IMG/VR virus record: IMGVR_UViG_3300012953_000019
Coordinates: 52,287-116,286 of that record
Length of the DNA stretch: 64,000 bases
From: a virus
Reading direction: 5' to 3' (one strand)
The position numbers and the translations under genes were made by a program. Each line of letters begins with the position of its first letter. Position 1 is the stretch's first letter. Shown piece after piece: positions 40,809-50,946 of this stretch. The notes under the pieces were generated by a model, which was given only the letters and a program-made list of their open reading frames with translations, was not told the DNA's origin and made no database searches.

Positions 40809-41869
40809 AAATAGCTACTATTAATGATACCCACTTCGGAGCAAGAAGTGATTCATTACAATTCGATGCATTCTTTAAAAAGTTTTATGATGATTTCTTT
40901 TTTCCTACTCTAGTAGAAAGAGAGATCAAAACTGTTATGCATTTAGGAGATGTATTTGATAGAAGAAAGTATATCAATTACAACACTCTCCGCAATTGTA
41001 AAGAATACTTCTTTGACAAGGCTGCCAGTCTAGATATTGATATCCATATGATACCTGGTAACCATGATACATACTTTAAGAACACCAATGATGTAAACTC
41101 TCCGGAACTTTTATTGAGAGAATATAAAAATGTTAAAATTTATCCTACAATCCAAGAACTGGAATTTGATGGTAGAAAAATTCTATTTGTACCTTGGATT
41201 TGTTCAGAAAATTACGATGACAGCATGGCAAAAATCAAAAGTACTGACGCCAAAGTTTGTTTTGGACACTTTGAGTTTGCTGGGTTCCAAATGTATAAGG
41301 GTATGCCAAACGACCATGGAATGGGTATTGACAATTTTAGTGAGTTCGATTTGGTATGCAGTGGGCATTATCATCATCGTTCTAAGTCTAGTAACATTTT
41401 GTATCTTGGTAATCCTTATGAAATTACATGGTCTGATTACGATGATCCAAGGGGATTTAATATATATGACACCCATACGAATGATGTCGAATTTTTACAA
41501 AACCCGTTTACAATTTTTCATAAATTCCATTATGACGATACCAGTGACGATTTTAGAGACCGCCTTGATTCTTTCGACTTTACTTCTATTCAAGGCACTT
41601 GCATAAAATTAATTGTAGTCAAGAAAAATGACTTTCAATACTTTGATTCTTTTGTTGAAAAATTATACCAATGTAATCTTACTGAATTAAAAATCATTGA
41701 AGACTTTTCAGAGTTCGAAGATGATGCGGTAGGTGATGTAGAGGTAAACTTAGATGACACTATGACATTGCTTAATGATTATGTAGACAGTACCAACACG
41801 GATCTTGATAAAGATAAATTAAAAACTGTTCTACGTACATTGTATGTAGAGGCACAGAGTATTGATTAA
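40805..41869 (+). CDS. gp47: Recombination nuclease gp47 (Mre11/SbcD-like)
   Basis: DTHFG, LGDVFDRR, GNHD, GHFE, SGHYH, YLGNPYE. Confidence 0.95.
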   Translation: MKIATINDTHFGARSDSLQFDAFFKKFYDDFFFPTLVEREIKTVMHLGDVFDRRKYINYNTLRNCKEYFFDKAASLDIDIHMIPGNHDTYFKNTNDVNSPELLLREYKNVKIYPTIQELEFDGRKILFVPWICSENYDDSMAKIKSTDAKVCFGHFEFAGFQMYKGMPNDHGMGIDNFSEFDLVCSGHYHHRSKSSNILYLGNPYEITWSDYDDPRGFNIYDTHTNDVEFLQNPFTIFHKFHYDDTSDDFRDRLDSFDFTSIQGTCIKLIVVKKNDFQYFDSFVEKLYQCNLTELKIIEDFSEFEDDAVGDVEVNLDDTMTLLNDYVDSTNTDLDKDKLKTVLRTLYVEAQSID

Positions 41870-42605
41870 CAAGATAGTATCAAGTGGTTGTTCTTTTACA
41901 CACCCATTTATTGGTAATACTTGGGCAGAGTATCTAGCAAAACATCTAGATGTTGAATTGATTAGCACCGCTTCTTCTTCTCAAGGAAACAATCTTATTG
42001 CTAGAAGAGTTATTCATGCAGTAGAAGAATGTCGCCAATCAGATGAACTGTTGGTTGCTGTACAATGGTCAGCACAAAATAGATTTGCAAGATTTCTATC
42101 TGAGCCACAGATTGAATTGTGGGAAATAGAAAATAAACATCACACTATGATAGCACAAAATACAGGAAACCCGATTAAGATATTTAAAGATGACGGATCA
42201 GGTTCTTGGTTGTTATCAAACTACAACTGGCCCGATTCTGTATCTGAAAACCATATGCAGTTTTCTGATCCAATAGATGAATTAATACGAACATATGAAG
42301 ACATTCTTCGGGTTGAAAATTATTTGAAAAGACATAAAATAAATTACTTTATGTTTTTGGGATGGGATGATTGTTTAAGTAAACAACATTTACAAAATAA
42401 AAATGTTAAATATTTACATGATATGGTAGATCATACTAAATGGGTTGATTCAGAGTATCAATGGTGCTCAGATAATACTGGGCTAGATTTCTGTGAAGGG
42501 TTACCTCCAAAATCGACAACATCTCAACACCCAACACCAACGCAACATAAGATGTACACTGAGGGTGCTATCATTCCTCACTTGAAGTCTAGAGGACTTA
42601 TATGA
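41862..42605 (+). CDS. SGNH-like hypothetical protein
   Basis: SGCSFT, QGN..IARR, VQWS, C-terminal QHP; TTG start. Confidence 0.55.
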   Translation: MINKIVSSGCSFTHPFIGNTWAEYLAKHLDVELISTASSSQGNNLIARRVIHAVEECRQSDELLVAVQWSAQNRFARFLSEPQIELWEIENKHHTMIAQNTGNPIKIFKDDGSGSWLLSNYNWPDSVSENHMQFSDPIDELIRTYEDILRVENYLKRHKINYFMFLGWDDCLSKQHLQNKNVKYLHDMVDHTKWVDSEYQWCSDNTGLDFCEGLPPKSTTSQHPTPTQHKMYTEGAIIPHLKSRGLI

Positions 42606-44272
42606 TTATATTTGAAAAGTTACGATGGAAGAATTTTCTTTCTACTGGTAACGCATTTACCGAAATTGATTTTACACGTAGTCCAAATACACTTATTGTA
42701 GGTGAAAATGGCAGTGGTAAATCTACCATGCTTGATGCTTTATGTTTTGGACTATTCAATAAACCATTCAGATCAATTAGTAAAGGACAACTACTAAACT
42801 CAGTCAATGGTAAAGGGTTATCTGTAGAAGTAGAATTTAAAATAGGAACAAAAGAATATAAAGTAATTCGTGGTGTAAAACCAAACTTGTTTGAAATTCA
42901 TTGTGATGGTTCATTGATAGATCAAGATGCATCATTAAGAGATACACAGAAGTATCTAGAAGACTCTGTACTCAAACTAAATTTCAAGTCATTTACTCAA
43001 ATTGTTATATTGGGTAGTGCTTCTTTCACACCATTTATGCAATTACCATTAGGTAGTAGAAGAGAAATCATTGAGGACATTCTAGACATACAAATTTTTA
43101 CCACAATGAATCAAGTCTTGAAAGACAAAGTAAACAAGATGAAAGAAACCATTCGTGATATAGAAGCGAATGTAGAAGTTTCTAAACAGAAAGCAATACT
43201 TCAAAAACAGTACATTGAAAATCTTGAGAACGACAAGAAAATAAAAATTGCTGAAATAGAAAAACAAATAGAAGATATTCATGCATCTATAGAAGAGCAT
43301 GAAAAACAGATTGTAGAAAAAGAAACAGAAAAAAATTCTTTGGGTAATCCAAAAGATAGAATGAAGAAACTCAATGTATTCAAAGAAAAATTCAGTAGTC
43401 AGATCACTAAGGTAAATAAAGAGTTGGATTTTTACCACAATCATGATGACTGCCCTACTTGTAAACAGGGCATACCACATGACTTCAAAGAAGAAATTAA
43501 GAACGAAAGACAAAAAAAGATTGAAGAACTTACCAATGCATCTGAACAGATTGATACTGAGTTTGAAACTTTAAATAAATCTATGGAAAAGTTTATTGAT
43601 ATTACTGATAGTATTGCAGATATCAATAGCGAGATCATTACCAGTCAAAAATATCTAACTAGATTACAGTCTGATATATCTACAGCAAAATCAAATGTAG
43701 CAGACATTGATGAAGAGAAAAAGAAGTTAAAAGATTTGGCTAAAATAGTGGTCCAACATGAGGCAGAACGCACAGAGAAGAGCGAGGAGAGCCATTATCT
43801 GTCAGTTGCTAGTAACTTACTCAAAGATACTGGTATAAAAACAAGAATCATTCGCCAATACTTGCCTGCCATCAATAAACTGGTAAATAAATTTCTAGCA
43901 TCAATGGACTTTTTTGTTCAGTTTGATTTGGATGAGAAGTTTAACGAAACAATTAAATCTCGCCACAGAGATAAGTTTAGTTATGCTTCATTTAGTGAAG
44001 GTGAAAAACAGCGTATTGATTTAGCCCTGTTGTTTACATGGAGAACAATTGCTAAGATGAAGAACAGTGCCGCAACTAACCTACTGATACTTGATGAAGT
44101 ATTTGACAGTAGTTTGGACAATAATGGTACAGACTATGTGATGACCTTACTAAATACTATAGGAGAAGAAGCAAATGTATTTGTAATTTCACATAAAGGT
44201 GATCAACTGTTCGACAAGTTTAGATCAGTAATTAAATTTGAGAAAAAACAAAATTATTCGGTGATAGTATAA
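42602..44272 (+). CDS. gp46: Recombination ATPase gp46 (Rad50/SbcC-like)
   Basis: GENGSGKST, zinc-hook CPTC, FSEGEKQRIDL, LILDEVFD, VISH. Confidence 0.95.
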   Translation: MIIFEKLRWKNFLSTGNAFTEIDFTRSPNTLIVGENGSGKSTMLDALCFGLFNKPFRSISKGQLLNSVNGKGLSVEVEFKIGTKEYKVIRGVKPNLFEIHCDGSLIDQDASLRDTQKYLEDSVLKLNFKSFTQIVILGSASFTPFMQLPLGSRREIIEDILDIQIFTTMNQVLKDKVNKMKETIRDIEANVEVSKQKAILQKQYIENLENDKKIKIAEIEKQIEDIHASIEEHEKQIVEKETEKNSLGNPKDRMKKLNVFKEKFSSQITKVNKELDFYHNHDDCPTCKQGIPHDFKEEIKNERQKKIEELTNASEQIDTEFETLNKSMEKFIDITDSIADINSEIITSQKYLTRLQSDISTAKSNVADIDEEKKKLKDLAKIVVQHEAERTEKSEESHYLSVASNLLKDTGIKTRIIRQYLPAINKLVNKFLASMDFFVQFDLDEKFNETIKSRHRDKFSYASFSEGEKQRIDLALLFTWRTIAKMKNSAATNLLILDEVFDSSLDNNGTDYVMTLLNTIGEEANVFVISHKGDQLFDKFRSVIKFEKKQNYSVIV

Positions 44273-44803
44273 ATGGAATTAGTAGCATTAGACAACCCAC
44301 TTCTGAAAAAAGTACCAGAAGTATTTGACTTTGAAAATGATAACGCAAAAGAATTTGCAACCGATCTTATGAAAAAGATGATTGAGTTAAAAGGCATTGG
44401 GTTGTCTGCAAATCAAGTTGGCGAAGACAAAAGAGTATTTTGTATGGGTGTAAAGAATCCTAATACAGGAGAAGAATTCAATCGTACTCTTTTTAACCCC
44501 TTGTTGATTGGTGTGAATGATGAAACAAGTCTAGCAGAAGAAGGTTGTTTGAGTATGCCAGGCTTTAGACTTCATATTTCTCGACCCACAGAATGTACTA
44601 TAAAATATTTTGATTTAAATAACAAAGAAACTACCGAAACTTTTTTAGGTCTAGCCGCAAGAGTTGCACTACACGAATATGATCATATGTTAGGAATCAA
44701 CTTTACTAGTAGAGCATCTAAGTTGAAATTGAATAGGGCAATAAAAGCATTAGATAAAAAAGTAAGAAGGTTCAATAGAAGGAAAAAGGAAAATGACAGA
44801 TAA
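44273..44803 (+). CDS. def: Peptide deformylase
   Basis: GIGLSANQVG, EGCLS, HEYDH. Confidence 0.92.
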   Translation: MELVALDNPLLKKVPEVFDFENDNAKEFATDLMKKMIELKGIGLSANQVGEDKRVFCMGVKNPNTGEEFNRTLFNPLLIGVNDETSLAEEGCLSMPGFRLHISRPTECTIKYFDLNNKETTETFLGLAARVALHEYDHMLGINFTSRASKLKLNRAIKALDKKVRRFNRRKKENDR

Positions 44804-45155
44804 CACATATGATTTTGGATTCACTGCGGTAGATGAAGCACCTACTGGAACAGCACCCACAGCACCAGTAAGAGCAGAACTCCCAGCCGAAGCAATGGAC
44901 TCTGTTATGGAAAAATTGTACGACATTGAAGCAAAACTAATCTCAATGGACAACAGTACACTTATAAGTGAACATAAAGATTTAGTAGCAGGTGATGTAC
45001 AGCAGAAATTAAAAACATTAGAAGATATGATAATGCCACTTTTGCAGAATCTAAAGAAAAATCCAGAAAAAGAATACATTCACTGGCCAAATAGAACTGC
45101 AATCATCGACAAACAAATAGAGAAAATTAGGGCGGTAACTCAATTTTATGAATAG
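44793..45155 (+). CDS. Conserved hypothetical protein
   Basis: YDFGFTAVDE; PLLQNLKKNPEKEYIHWPNR. Confidence 0.65.
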   Translation: MTDNTYDFGFTAVDEAPTGTAPTAPVRAELPAEAMDSVMEKLYDIEAKLISMDNSTLISEHKDLVAGDVQQKLKTLEDMIMPLLQNLKKNPEKEYIHWPNRTAIIDKQIEKIRAVTQFYE

Positions 45156-45780
45156 TTTTAAACTTGAAGATTTAAATGGAATAGGTACAACAAATGTTTT
45201 TGAAAGGTCAATCGCAAAAACATATGACTTGTATCTACACGATACTATAGAAAGTCCTGACAAGTATATTGAGTGGAATCAATTATTCAGAAGAGCTGGA
45301 CCAAACGATGTAATATATGTCCACATCAACTCTCATGGTGGACAGATCAATACAGCAGTCCAAATGATGCGAGCCATGAGAGAAACGGAAGCCACGTTAG
45401 TAACCTCTATTGAGGGTGCTTGCCTATCAGCCGCAACAATGATTTTCTTATGTGGAGATGTTTGTGAAGTTTCTGATCATAGCCAGTTTATGGTTCACAC
45501 ATACTCTGGCGGATCATGGGGTAAAGGATCAGAAATGATTTCTCAGGTAACTCATGATGCAGATTGGATTTCTGAATTGATGCACGATGTATATGCTGGG
45601 TTCTTTACAAAGAAAGAGATTGATGATATAATCTCAGGTGTTGATATGTGGATCAAACCAGATGAAGTGGTTGTCAGATTGAACAAGAGAGGTGAATACC
45701 TTGAGAAGATGAAAAAACAAGCAGAAAAGCCTGTCCCAACACCAAAAACTACCCGTAAAAAAGGACCCAAATCAAAATAA
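45148..45780 (+). CDS. clpP: ClpP-like serine protease subunit
   Basis: HINSHGG, CLSAAT (Ser nucleophile), FMVH (His). Confidence 0.8.
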   Translation: MNSFKLEDLNGIGTTNVFERSIAKTYDLYLHDTIESPDKYIEWNQLFRRAGPNDVIYVHINSHGGQINTAVQMMRAMRETEATLVTSIEGACLSAATMIFLCGDVCEVSDHSQFMVHTYSGGSWGKGSEMISQVTHDADWISELMHDVYAGFFTKKEIDDIISGVDMWIKPDEVVVRLNKRGEYLEKMKKQAEKPVPTPKTTRKKGPKSK

Positions 45781-45826
45781 TTTAACAACCTCTTATATAT
45801 CAATGACTTAGAACCAAAGAAAAAGG

Positions 45827-45855
45827 TTGACTTTTGCCGTAACACCTGTCATAAT
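45827..45855 (+). promoter_or_regulatory. sigma70-type early promoter for vWA gene
   Basis: TTGACT-17 nt-CATAAT. Confidence 0.75.
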
Positions 45856-45881
45856 GTATATATAAATGAGAGAGGTTGTTT

Positions 45882-48209
45882 ATGGAAATTAATCAGAAAT
45901 CAAATTTGGCTAAATTACTAGCCACTGAGAATCTGTCAGTAGAGCATCAAAATGTCTCTACTGCGGCTTTCGATTTGAAAGCACGTAAAGTTATCTTACC
46001 TAGATGGGTCGAGATGGCTCCAGAACTCTATGATCTATTTATTGGTCATGAAGTTAGTCACGGTCTAGAAACACCGCCTGAAGGGTGGCATACTGCCACT
46101 TGTAATCGAGGTGGTGGTTTCAAATCATTCCTCAATGTTATTGAAGATGCACGTATTGAAAAATTAATCAAGTTACGTTACCCTGGCATAGTAAAATCTT
46201 TTGCTAAGGGTTATGATATCTTACTGAAGAAAGATTTCTTCGGATTGAAAAATACAGAAATCTCTGAACTCCCTCTTATCGATAGAATCAACCTTCACTT
46301 CAAGGGCGGCTCAATGTTGGCTGTTCCTTTTAGTGCTGAAGAAATGCCTTTTGTAGATGCAGTTGCTAAATGTAATACTTGGGATGAAGTTGTCGAACTA
46401 GCCAACTCTCTCTTTGAACATTCTAAAACTGAAGAAGCAATGCAAAATCAGATGCAACCAGATGATGATCTTTTTGGTGATGATTCTGATGATGATTATG
46501 AATATGATTCTGAGTATGGTGAGTCAGATGTTAGTGAGCCTTGGGATGATCCAGAATCTGGTGAAGAATCGGATGATTCAGATGGCGATTCTTCTGATGA
46601 CAGTGATGACAGTGAAGATGGTGAAGATAGCGAGTCTTCCGAAGAGACTGACACTTCTAATGCTACCACTGGTGAAGAGTCTGAAGAGACTGAAGAAACC
46701 AACGAGACTTCTACTGAAAAAACTTCAGACGGCGATATCAACAAAGGTTCTAGCGATGGTTCATTAGAACCTGAAGCAATGACTGATACAAATTTTCGTG
46801 AGAGAGAAAAAGAACTGATCAAAAGTGATGGTCTTGAAACTCTCAATGTGACGTGGCCTAAACTGATTACTAAAAAGTTAGTTATGCCTTGTGCTGAAGT
46901 TTGGAACTTTGAGACTACCTACAATGAATGGAATGGACCAAAGTATACCCCGGCAGAAGCAGAAAATATTCTTCTGAAAAAATTCCAAACAAAACATAAG
47001 ACAACTATTAATCAGTTGGTTCAGCAATTCGAAATGAAAAGAAAAGCTACCGCGATCAAAAAACAACGTATCAATAGCACTGGTAAGTTGAATGAAGATA
47101 AATTGTGGGCATACAAACTGACTGACGATTTATTCTTATCATCAACCACTGTACCCGATGGACAAAACCACGGTATGCTAATGTTGTTAGATATGTCTGG
47201 GTCAATGTACCAACAGATGAGATCAACATTAGAACAATTAATGATCCAAGTTGCTTTCTGTAAAAAAGTAAATATCCCATTCAAAGTTTATGGTTTCAGT
47301 AGTTGTACAAATAGCTACCAGACTCGGTGGTCAGATTTGATCAGAGATCCTAAAGTTGGTGATATTCATTGGGACGATGTTCAAGTTGGTTTGGTAGAAT
47401 TAATTACTTCCGATCTCGGTGCCGCACAGTATACAAAAGTTTTCAAAAAACTTCTGGGTTACTCCACAGTATTTGGTAATTACTACCGCGGCGATGATGA
47501 TTTGTATGTTGAGATGGACAGACATTGTGCTCCTAGACACCTTAACTTGGGTATGACTCCTCTTGCTGAGGGTATTATGATTCTCCGTGACATTGCAATT
47601 GAGTTCAAAGAATCAAAATCTCTTGAAGTATTGAATACTATTATTCTCACTGATGGTGATAACTCCACTACATTGGAAACGATTGGTGAAATAAAAGAGT
47701 TTGATAGTGGTAGCAGTTATGCTAGTCCAGAAAGATACTACGGAAGAAAGTTTTCCGATGTCTTTATCAAAGAAGGTCCTATCACTACCGCAATCAAGAG
47801 TGAAAGTGGTTACGGTGCACCTGCTCCTCGATACAATCATTTTTCAAATGCAATGATGAAACACTATCAAGCCACTACTGGTTCTAGAATGATTGGTTTC
47901 AGATTGGTCGAGCCTACAATAAGAAAAGCCCGCGATCAATTCATGAACGCTATTGACGGCTGGGATTATGATGCATTCGACAAAGCCAAAAAGACTTGGA
48001 CTCCAGATAGATTTATTGAAGTACCAAATGCTACCGCGTATGATGCACTCTACCTTATCAAAGGTGGTAGAGGACTTGAGGTTGAAGATGGTGAACTTGA
48101 GGTCAAATCTACCAGCAAGGGTGATTTAAGACGTGGTTTTAAGAAGTTTGCCATGAATAAATCATCAAGCCGAGTGTTTTTAAATCGCTTCATTGAGAAA
48201 GTTGCGTGA
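45882..48209 (+). CDS. CobT-like protein: HExxH peptidase-like N-domain, acidic linker, vWA domain
   Basis: GHEVSH, RIEK, D/E/S-rich linker, MIDAS DMSGSM, TDG; ATG 45882 fits the GAGAGAGG SD. Confidence 0.75.
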   Translation: MEINQKSNLAKLLATENLSVEHQNVSTAAFDLKARKVILPRWVEMAPELYDLFIGHEVSHGLETPPEGWHTATCNRGGGFKSFLNVIEDARIEKLIKLRYPGIVKSFAKGYDILLKKDFFGLKNTEISELPLIDRINLHFKGGSMLAVPFSAEEMPFVDAVAKCNTWDEVVELANSLFEHSKTEEAMQNQMQPDDDLFGDDSDDDYEYDSEYGESDVSEPWDDPESGEESDDSDGDSSDDSDDSEDGEDSESSEETDTSNATTGEESEETEETNETSTEKTSDGDINKGSSDGSLEPEAMTDTNFREREKELIKSDGLETLNVTWPKLITKKLVMPCAEVWNFETTYNEWNGPKYTPAEAENILLKKFQTKHKTTINQLVQQFEMKRKATAIKKQRINSTGKLNEDKLWAYKLTDDLFLSSTTVPDGQNHGMLMLLDMSGSMYQQMRSTLEQLMIQVAFCKKVNIPFKVYGFSSCTNSYQTRWSDLIRDPKVGDIHWDDVQVGLVELITSDLGAAQYTKVFKKLLGYSTVFGNYYRGDDDLYVEMDRHCAPRHLNLGMTPLAEGIMILRDIAIEFKESKSLEVLNTIILTDGDNSTTLETIGEIKEFDSGSSYASPERYYGRKFSDVFIKEGPITTAIKSESGYGAPAPRYNHFSNAMMKHYQATTGSRMIGFRLVEPTIRKARDQFMNAIDGWDYDAFDKAKKTWTPDRFIEVPNATAYDALYLIKGGRGLEVEDGELEVKSTSKGDLRRGFKKFAMNKSSSRVFLNRFIEKVA

Positions 48210-48248
48210 AATCAATAGCTTGGAGCCAAAAATAATTGAAGAAAAAGG

Positions 48249-48277
48249 TTGACATATGCCTTGGCTCCAGCTATAAT
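48249..48277 (+). promoter_or_regulatory. sigma70-type early promoter for MoxR/cobS-like operon
   Basis: TTGACA-17 nt-TATAAT. Confidence 0.85.
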
Positions 48278-48318
48278 GTATGTATAAATTGAGTTAACCC
48301 TTTTGAGAGAGGTCTATT

Positions 48319-49533
48319 ATGATGAATCAACTAACTACCCAAATGTTTGCTAATGACAAACAAGAACAAGAAGTCGGATCAATTATTTCCGCACTTCAAC
48401 AAACTGACAATCCTAGTGGTGTTTTTACCCGAAGTGATTTGAATCAGATTGCAGATCAACTTGGAATTTCTAAGCAAGGTTCTGCACTCGGTTACATCGT
48501 GGAAAATTATGCCGTGTCGCGAGGTAAATATACTTTTGGTGACAACGGTCCAATCGCTCAGATTGTCCCACAATCTGCGGCTCCGGTTGCAGTTATTGAG
48601 ACTAAAGCCCCGGAGAGTAAAATTTTGACCCAAGCTAAATTGTCAATTGAGATTGATAATCTTATTCCTGAGAAAGATTCTACCTACGTTCCTTTTGGAT
48701 TCTACAAAGATTTATCCAGTATTGTAAAATCTGGTGTGTTCTATCCAACTTTCATCTGCGGTCTGTCCGGTAACGGTAAGACTATGATGGTCGAGCAAGT
48801 ATGTGCCAAACTTAAAAAAGAAGCGATCCGAGTCAATATCTCCATCGAAACTGATGAAGATGATCTGATTGGTGGTAATACACTGGTTGATGGTAATGTG
48901 GTCTATCGTGAAGGTCCTGTACTGACTGCTATGAAGCGAGGTGCGATCCTCATTCTAGATGAAATCGATAGAGGCTCTAACAAGTTGATGTGTCTGCAAG
49001 CGATACTTGAAGGCAAACCATACTTTAACAAGAAAACTGGTGAGGTAGTTACACCTCAATCTGGTTTCAATGTTATCGCTACTGCTAATACAAAGGGTCG
49101 AGGCTCTGATGATGGCAAGTTTATGGGTGCCCAAGTTCTTGATGAAGCATTCCTCGAGAGATTTGCAATTACTGTTGAGCAAGAATACCCTTCAGCGGCT
49201 CAAGAGAAAAAAATTGTTCTCAACAAAATGGCTGTTCAAGGTTGTGTTGATGATGAGTTTGCCGACAAGTTAGTTACTTGGGCTGACGTTATCAGAAAGA
49301 CTTTCTATGACGGTGCGATTGATGAGTTGATCTCAACCAGAAGGCTAGAACACATTGTCAAAGCATTTGCTATGTTCAATGATAGACTCAAAGCCATTCA
49401 GTTATGCGTCAACAGATTTGATGTGGACACCAAGTCTGCTTTCATCGACCTCTACACCAAAGTAGATGCCGGTGTGAGTATGGAAACCTCTGAAGAAGTT
49501 GTAGAGACAACTGAAGTATCGGAGGACTTTTAA
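48319..49533 (+). CDS. cobS: MoxR/CobS-like AAA+ ATPase
   Basis: GLSGNGKT, LILDEID, ATANTKGRG, AFLERF, ISTRRL. Confidence 0.85.
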   Translation: MMNQLTTQMFANDKQEQEVGSIISALQQTDNPSGVFTRSDLNQIADQLGISKQGSALGYIVENYAVSRGKYTFGDNGPIAQIVPQSAAPVAVIETKAPESKILTQAKLSIEIDNLIPEKDSTYVPFGFYKDLSSIVKSGVFYPTFICGLSGNGKTMMVEQVCAKLKKEAIRVNISIETDEDDLIGGNTLVDGNVVYREGPVLTAMKRGAILILDEIDRGSNKLMCLQAILEGKPYFNKKTGEVVTPQSGFNVIATANTKGRGSDDGKFMGAQVLDEAFLERFAITVEQEYPSAAQEKKIVLNKMAVQGCVDDEFADKLVTWADVIRKTFYDGAIDELISTRRLEHIVKAFAMFNDRLKAIQLCVNRFDVDTKSAFIDLYTKVDAGVSMETSEEVVETTEVSEDF

Positions 49534-49817
49534 TGCCTAAACCAGACTACAAGTTTAGGGAAGATGAACTGTTAGAGGAGTTCAAAACCTACATAGATAA
49601 GACCTATCAGGGTCACTATGGTCAGGGTGGACTCCAATCTTCCGAAGTGATTGTAGATCGTGGTCATGGTATGGGGTTCTTCCTTGGTAATGTCGATAAG
49701 TATAATGGTCGATACGGCAAGAAAGGAACTCCTGAAGATCATAGAAAAGATATTGTTAAGATTATCCATTATGGTTTCTTGGCATTGTATGAACATGATA
49801 GGAAAAATTCAAAGTGA
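49533..49817 (+). CDS. Conserved phage protein, DUF3310-like
   Basis: HY...GNVDKY..RYGKKG...KDIVKIIHY. Confidence 0.6.
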   Translation: MPKPDYKFREDELLEEFKTYIDKTYQGHYGQGGLQSSEVIVDRGHGMGFFLGNVDKYNGRYGKKGTPEDHRKDIVKIIHYGFLALYEHDRKNSK

Positions 49818-50929
49818 ATCGGTTAGCTATCACAGGAATAGGATTAGTGGACAATCTTGGGAATAACCCAATGGATTGTTTTACTGAATATCAAACTGGT
49901 CCCATTCCCATTCCTGTTGATGGTAGTTTTTCTGCACAAAAAGATAATTTAATTGAAGTAAAGGCTCCTATTTACAATCGCCTATTAGATGTGAATAAGA
50001 TATCATTACATACTGTAGCCGATGCATTGAAAACAATACCATATTCGGATAATGTATTTACTTTATTCTCTACACTCACTGCTGGTAATACCACGTTTCA
50101 GGACTACGGTACCGACTTGTCTGATGGTAAGAATAGAGTTAAGCCACGACAGTTGCTACAGGGTTGTAGAGACTTCACCGCGGGTCTCATAGCGCAATCG
50201 TTTGGATTTACAGGTGGTGCTACCAGTTTTAATTCTGCTTGTGCTACAAGTCTCTACCAATTGGACTATGCGTTTCATTTGGCAAAACGATATGACTACA
50301 TAGTATGTGGTGCTGGTGACTCAGCAAATAATTTATGGGACTCTACCTTTTTTGATAAGCTAGGTGTCCTAGGTTCTAAGTCTGCTCCATTTGATGATGA
50401 TCGTGATGGAATAACTACTGGTGAAGGAGCAGGCTGTTTAATTTTGATGGATGTCCACAAAGCAATTGAGAAAAATATTCCAATCATTGGGTACATCTAT
50501 CAGCCAGGTATAGCTAGTGATGGTGTAGAAGGAGACTTTGTTAACCCATCTGCATTTGGATTGAAAAAAGCCATGGAGCAAGCCACACAAGGTATCGATA
50601 AGAATGATATTGGATTTGTATCTGCCCATGCTACAGGTACTTCACTGGGTGATGAATCTGAGTACAATGCAATTCAAGATATGTTTCCTTACATAGATGT
50701 TGTAGGACTCAAATCTAAACTAGGACACACCATGGCAGGTAATGGAATAATCGAATTAATATACTCGTTAATGGCATTAAAACGTAATATTATACCGAAA
50801 ACTTTTATAAATAACACCGAATATAGATACGTTACTACGAAGACCCGCGCAACTGATTGTAAATATGCGCTAAAGAATAGTCTTGGCTTTGGAGGGAAAG
50901 CCGCCTCGGTCTTAATCGAAGTAACTTAA
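49814..50929 (+). CDS. fabF: Beta-ketoacyl-ACP synthase (FabF/FabB-like)
   Basis: SACATS (Cys), SAHATGT and KSKLGHT (His-His), PFDDDRDG, GEGAG, SLGFGG. Confidence 0.85.
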   Translation: MNRLAITGIGLVDNLGNNPMDCFTEYQTGPIPIPVDGSFSAQKDNLIEVKAPIYNRLLDVNKISLHTVADALKTIPYSDNVFTLFSTLTAGNTTFQDYGTDLSDGKNRVKPRQLLQGCRDFTAGLIAQSFGFTGGATSFNSACATSLYQLDYAFHLAKRYDYIVCGAGDSANNLWDSTFFDKLGVLGSKSAPFDDDRDGITTGEGAGCLILMDVHKAIEKNIPIIGYIYQPGIASDGVEGDFVNPSAFGLKKAMEQATQGIDKNDIGFVSAHATGTSLGDESEYNAIQDMFPYIDVVGLKSKLGHTMAGNGIIELIYSLMALKRNIIPKTFINNTEYRYVTTKTRATDCKYALKNSLGFGGKAASVLIEVT

Positions 50930-50946
50930 CCAGTTCCCCTAGTGGG

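Noticed and set aside
44268-44275. TATAAATG overlapping the def start codon
   Set aside because: Imperfect and placed so that transcription would begin after the ATG
48319-49533. cobS/cobT as cobalamin biosynthesis AMGs
   Set aside because: No cobN or other cob genes here; motifs only support a MoxR AAA+/vWA pair
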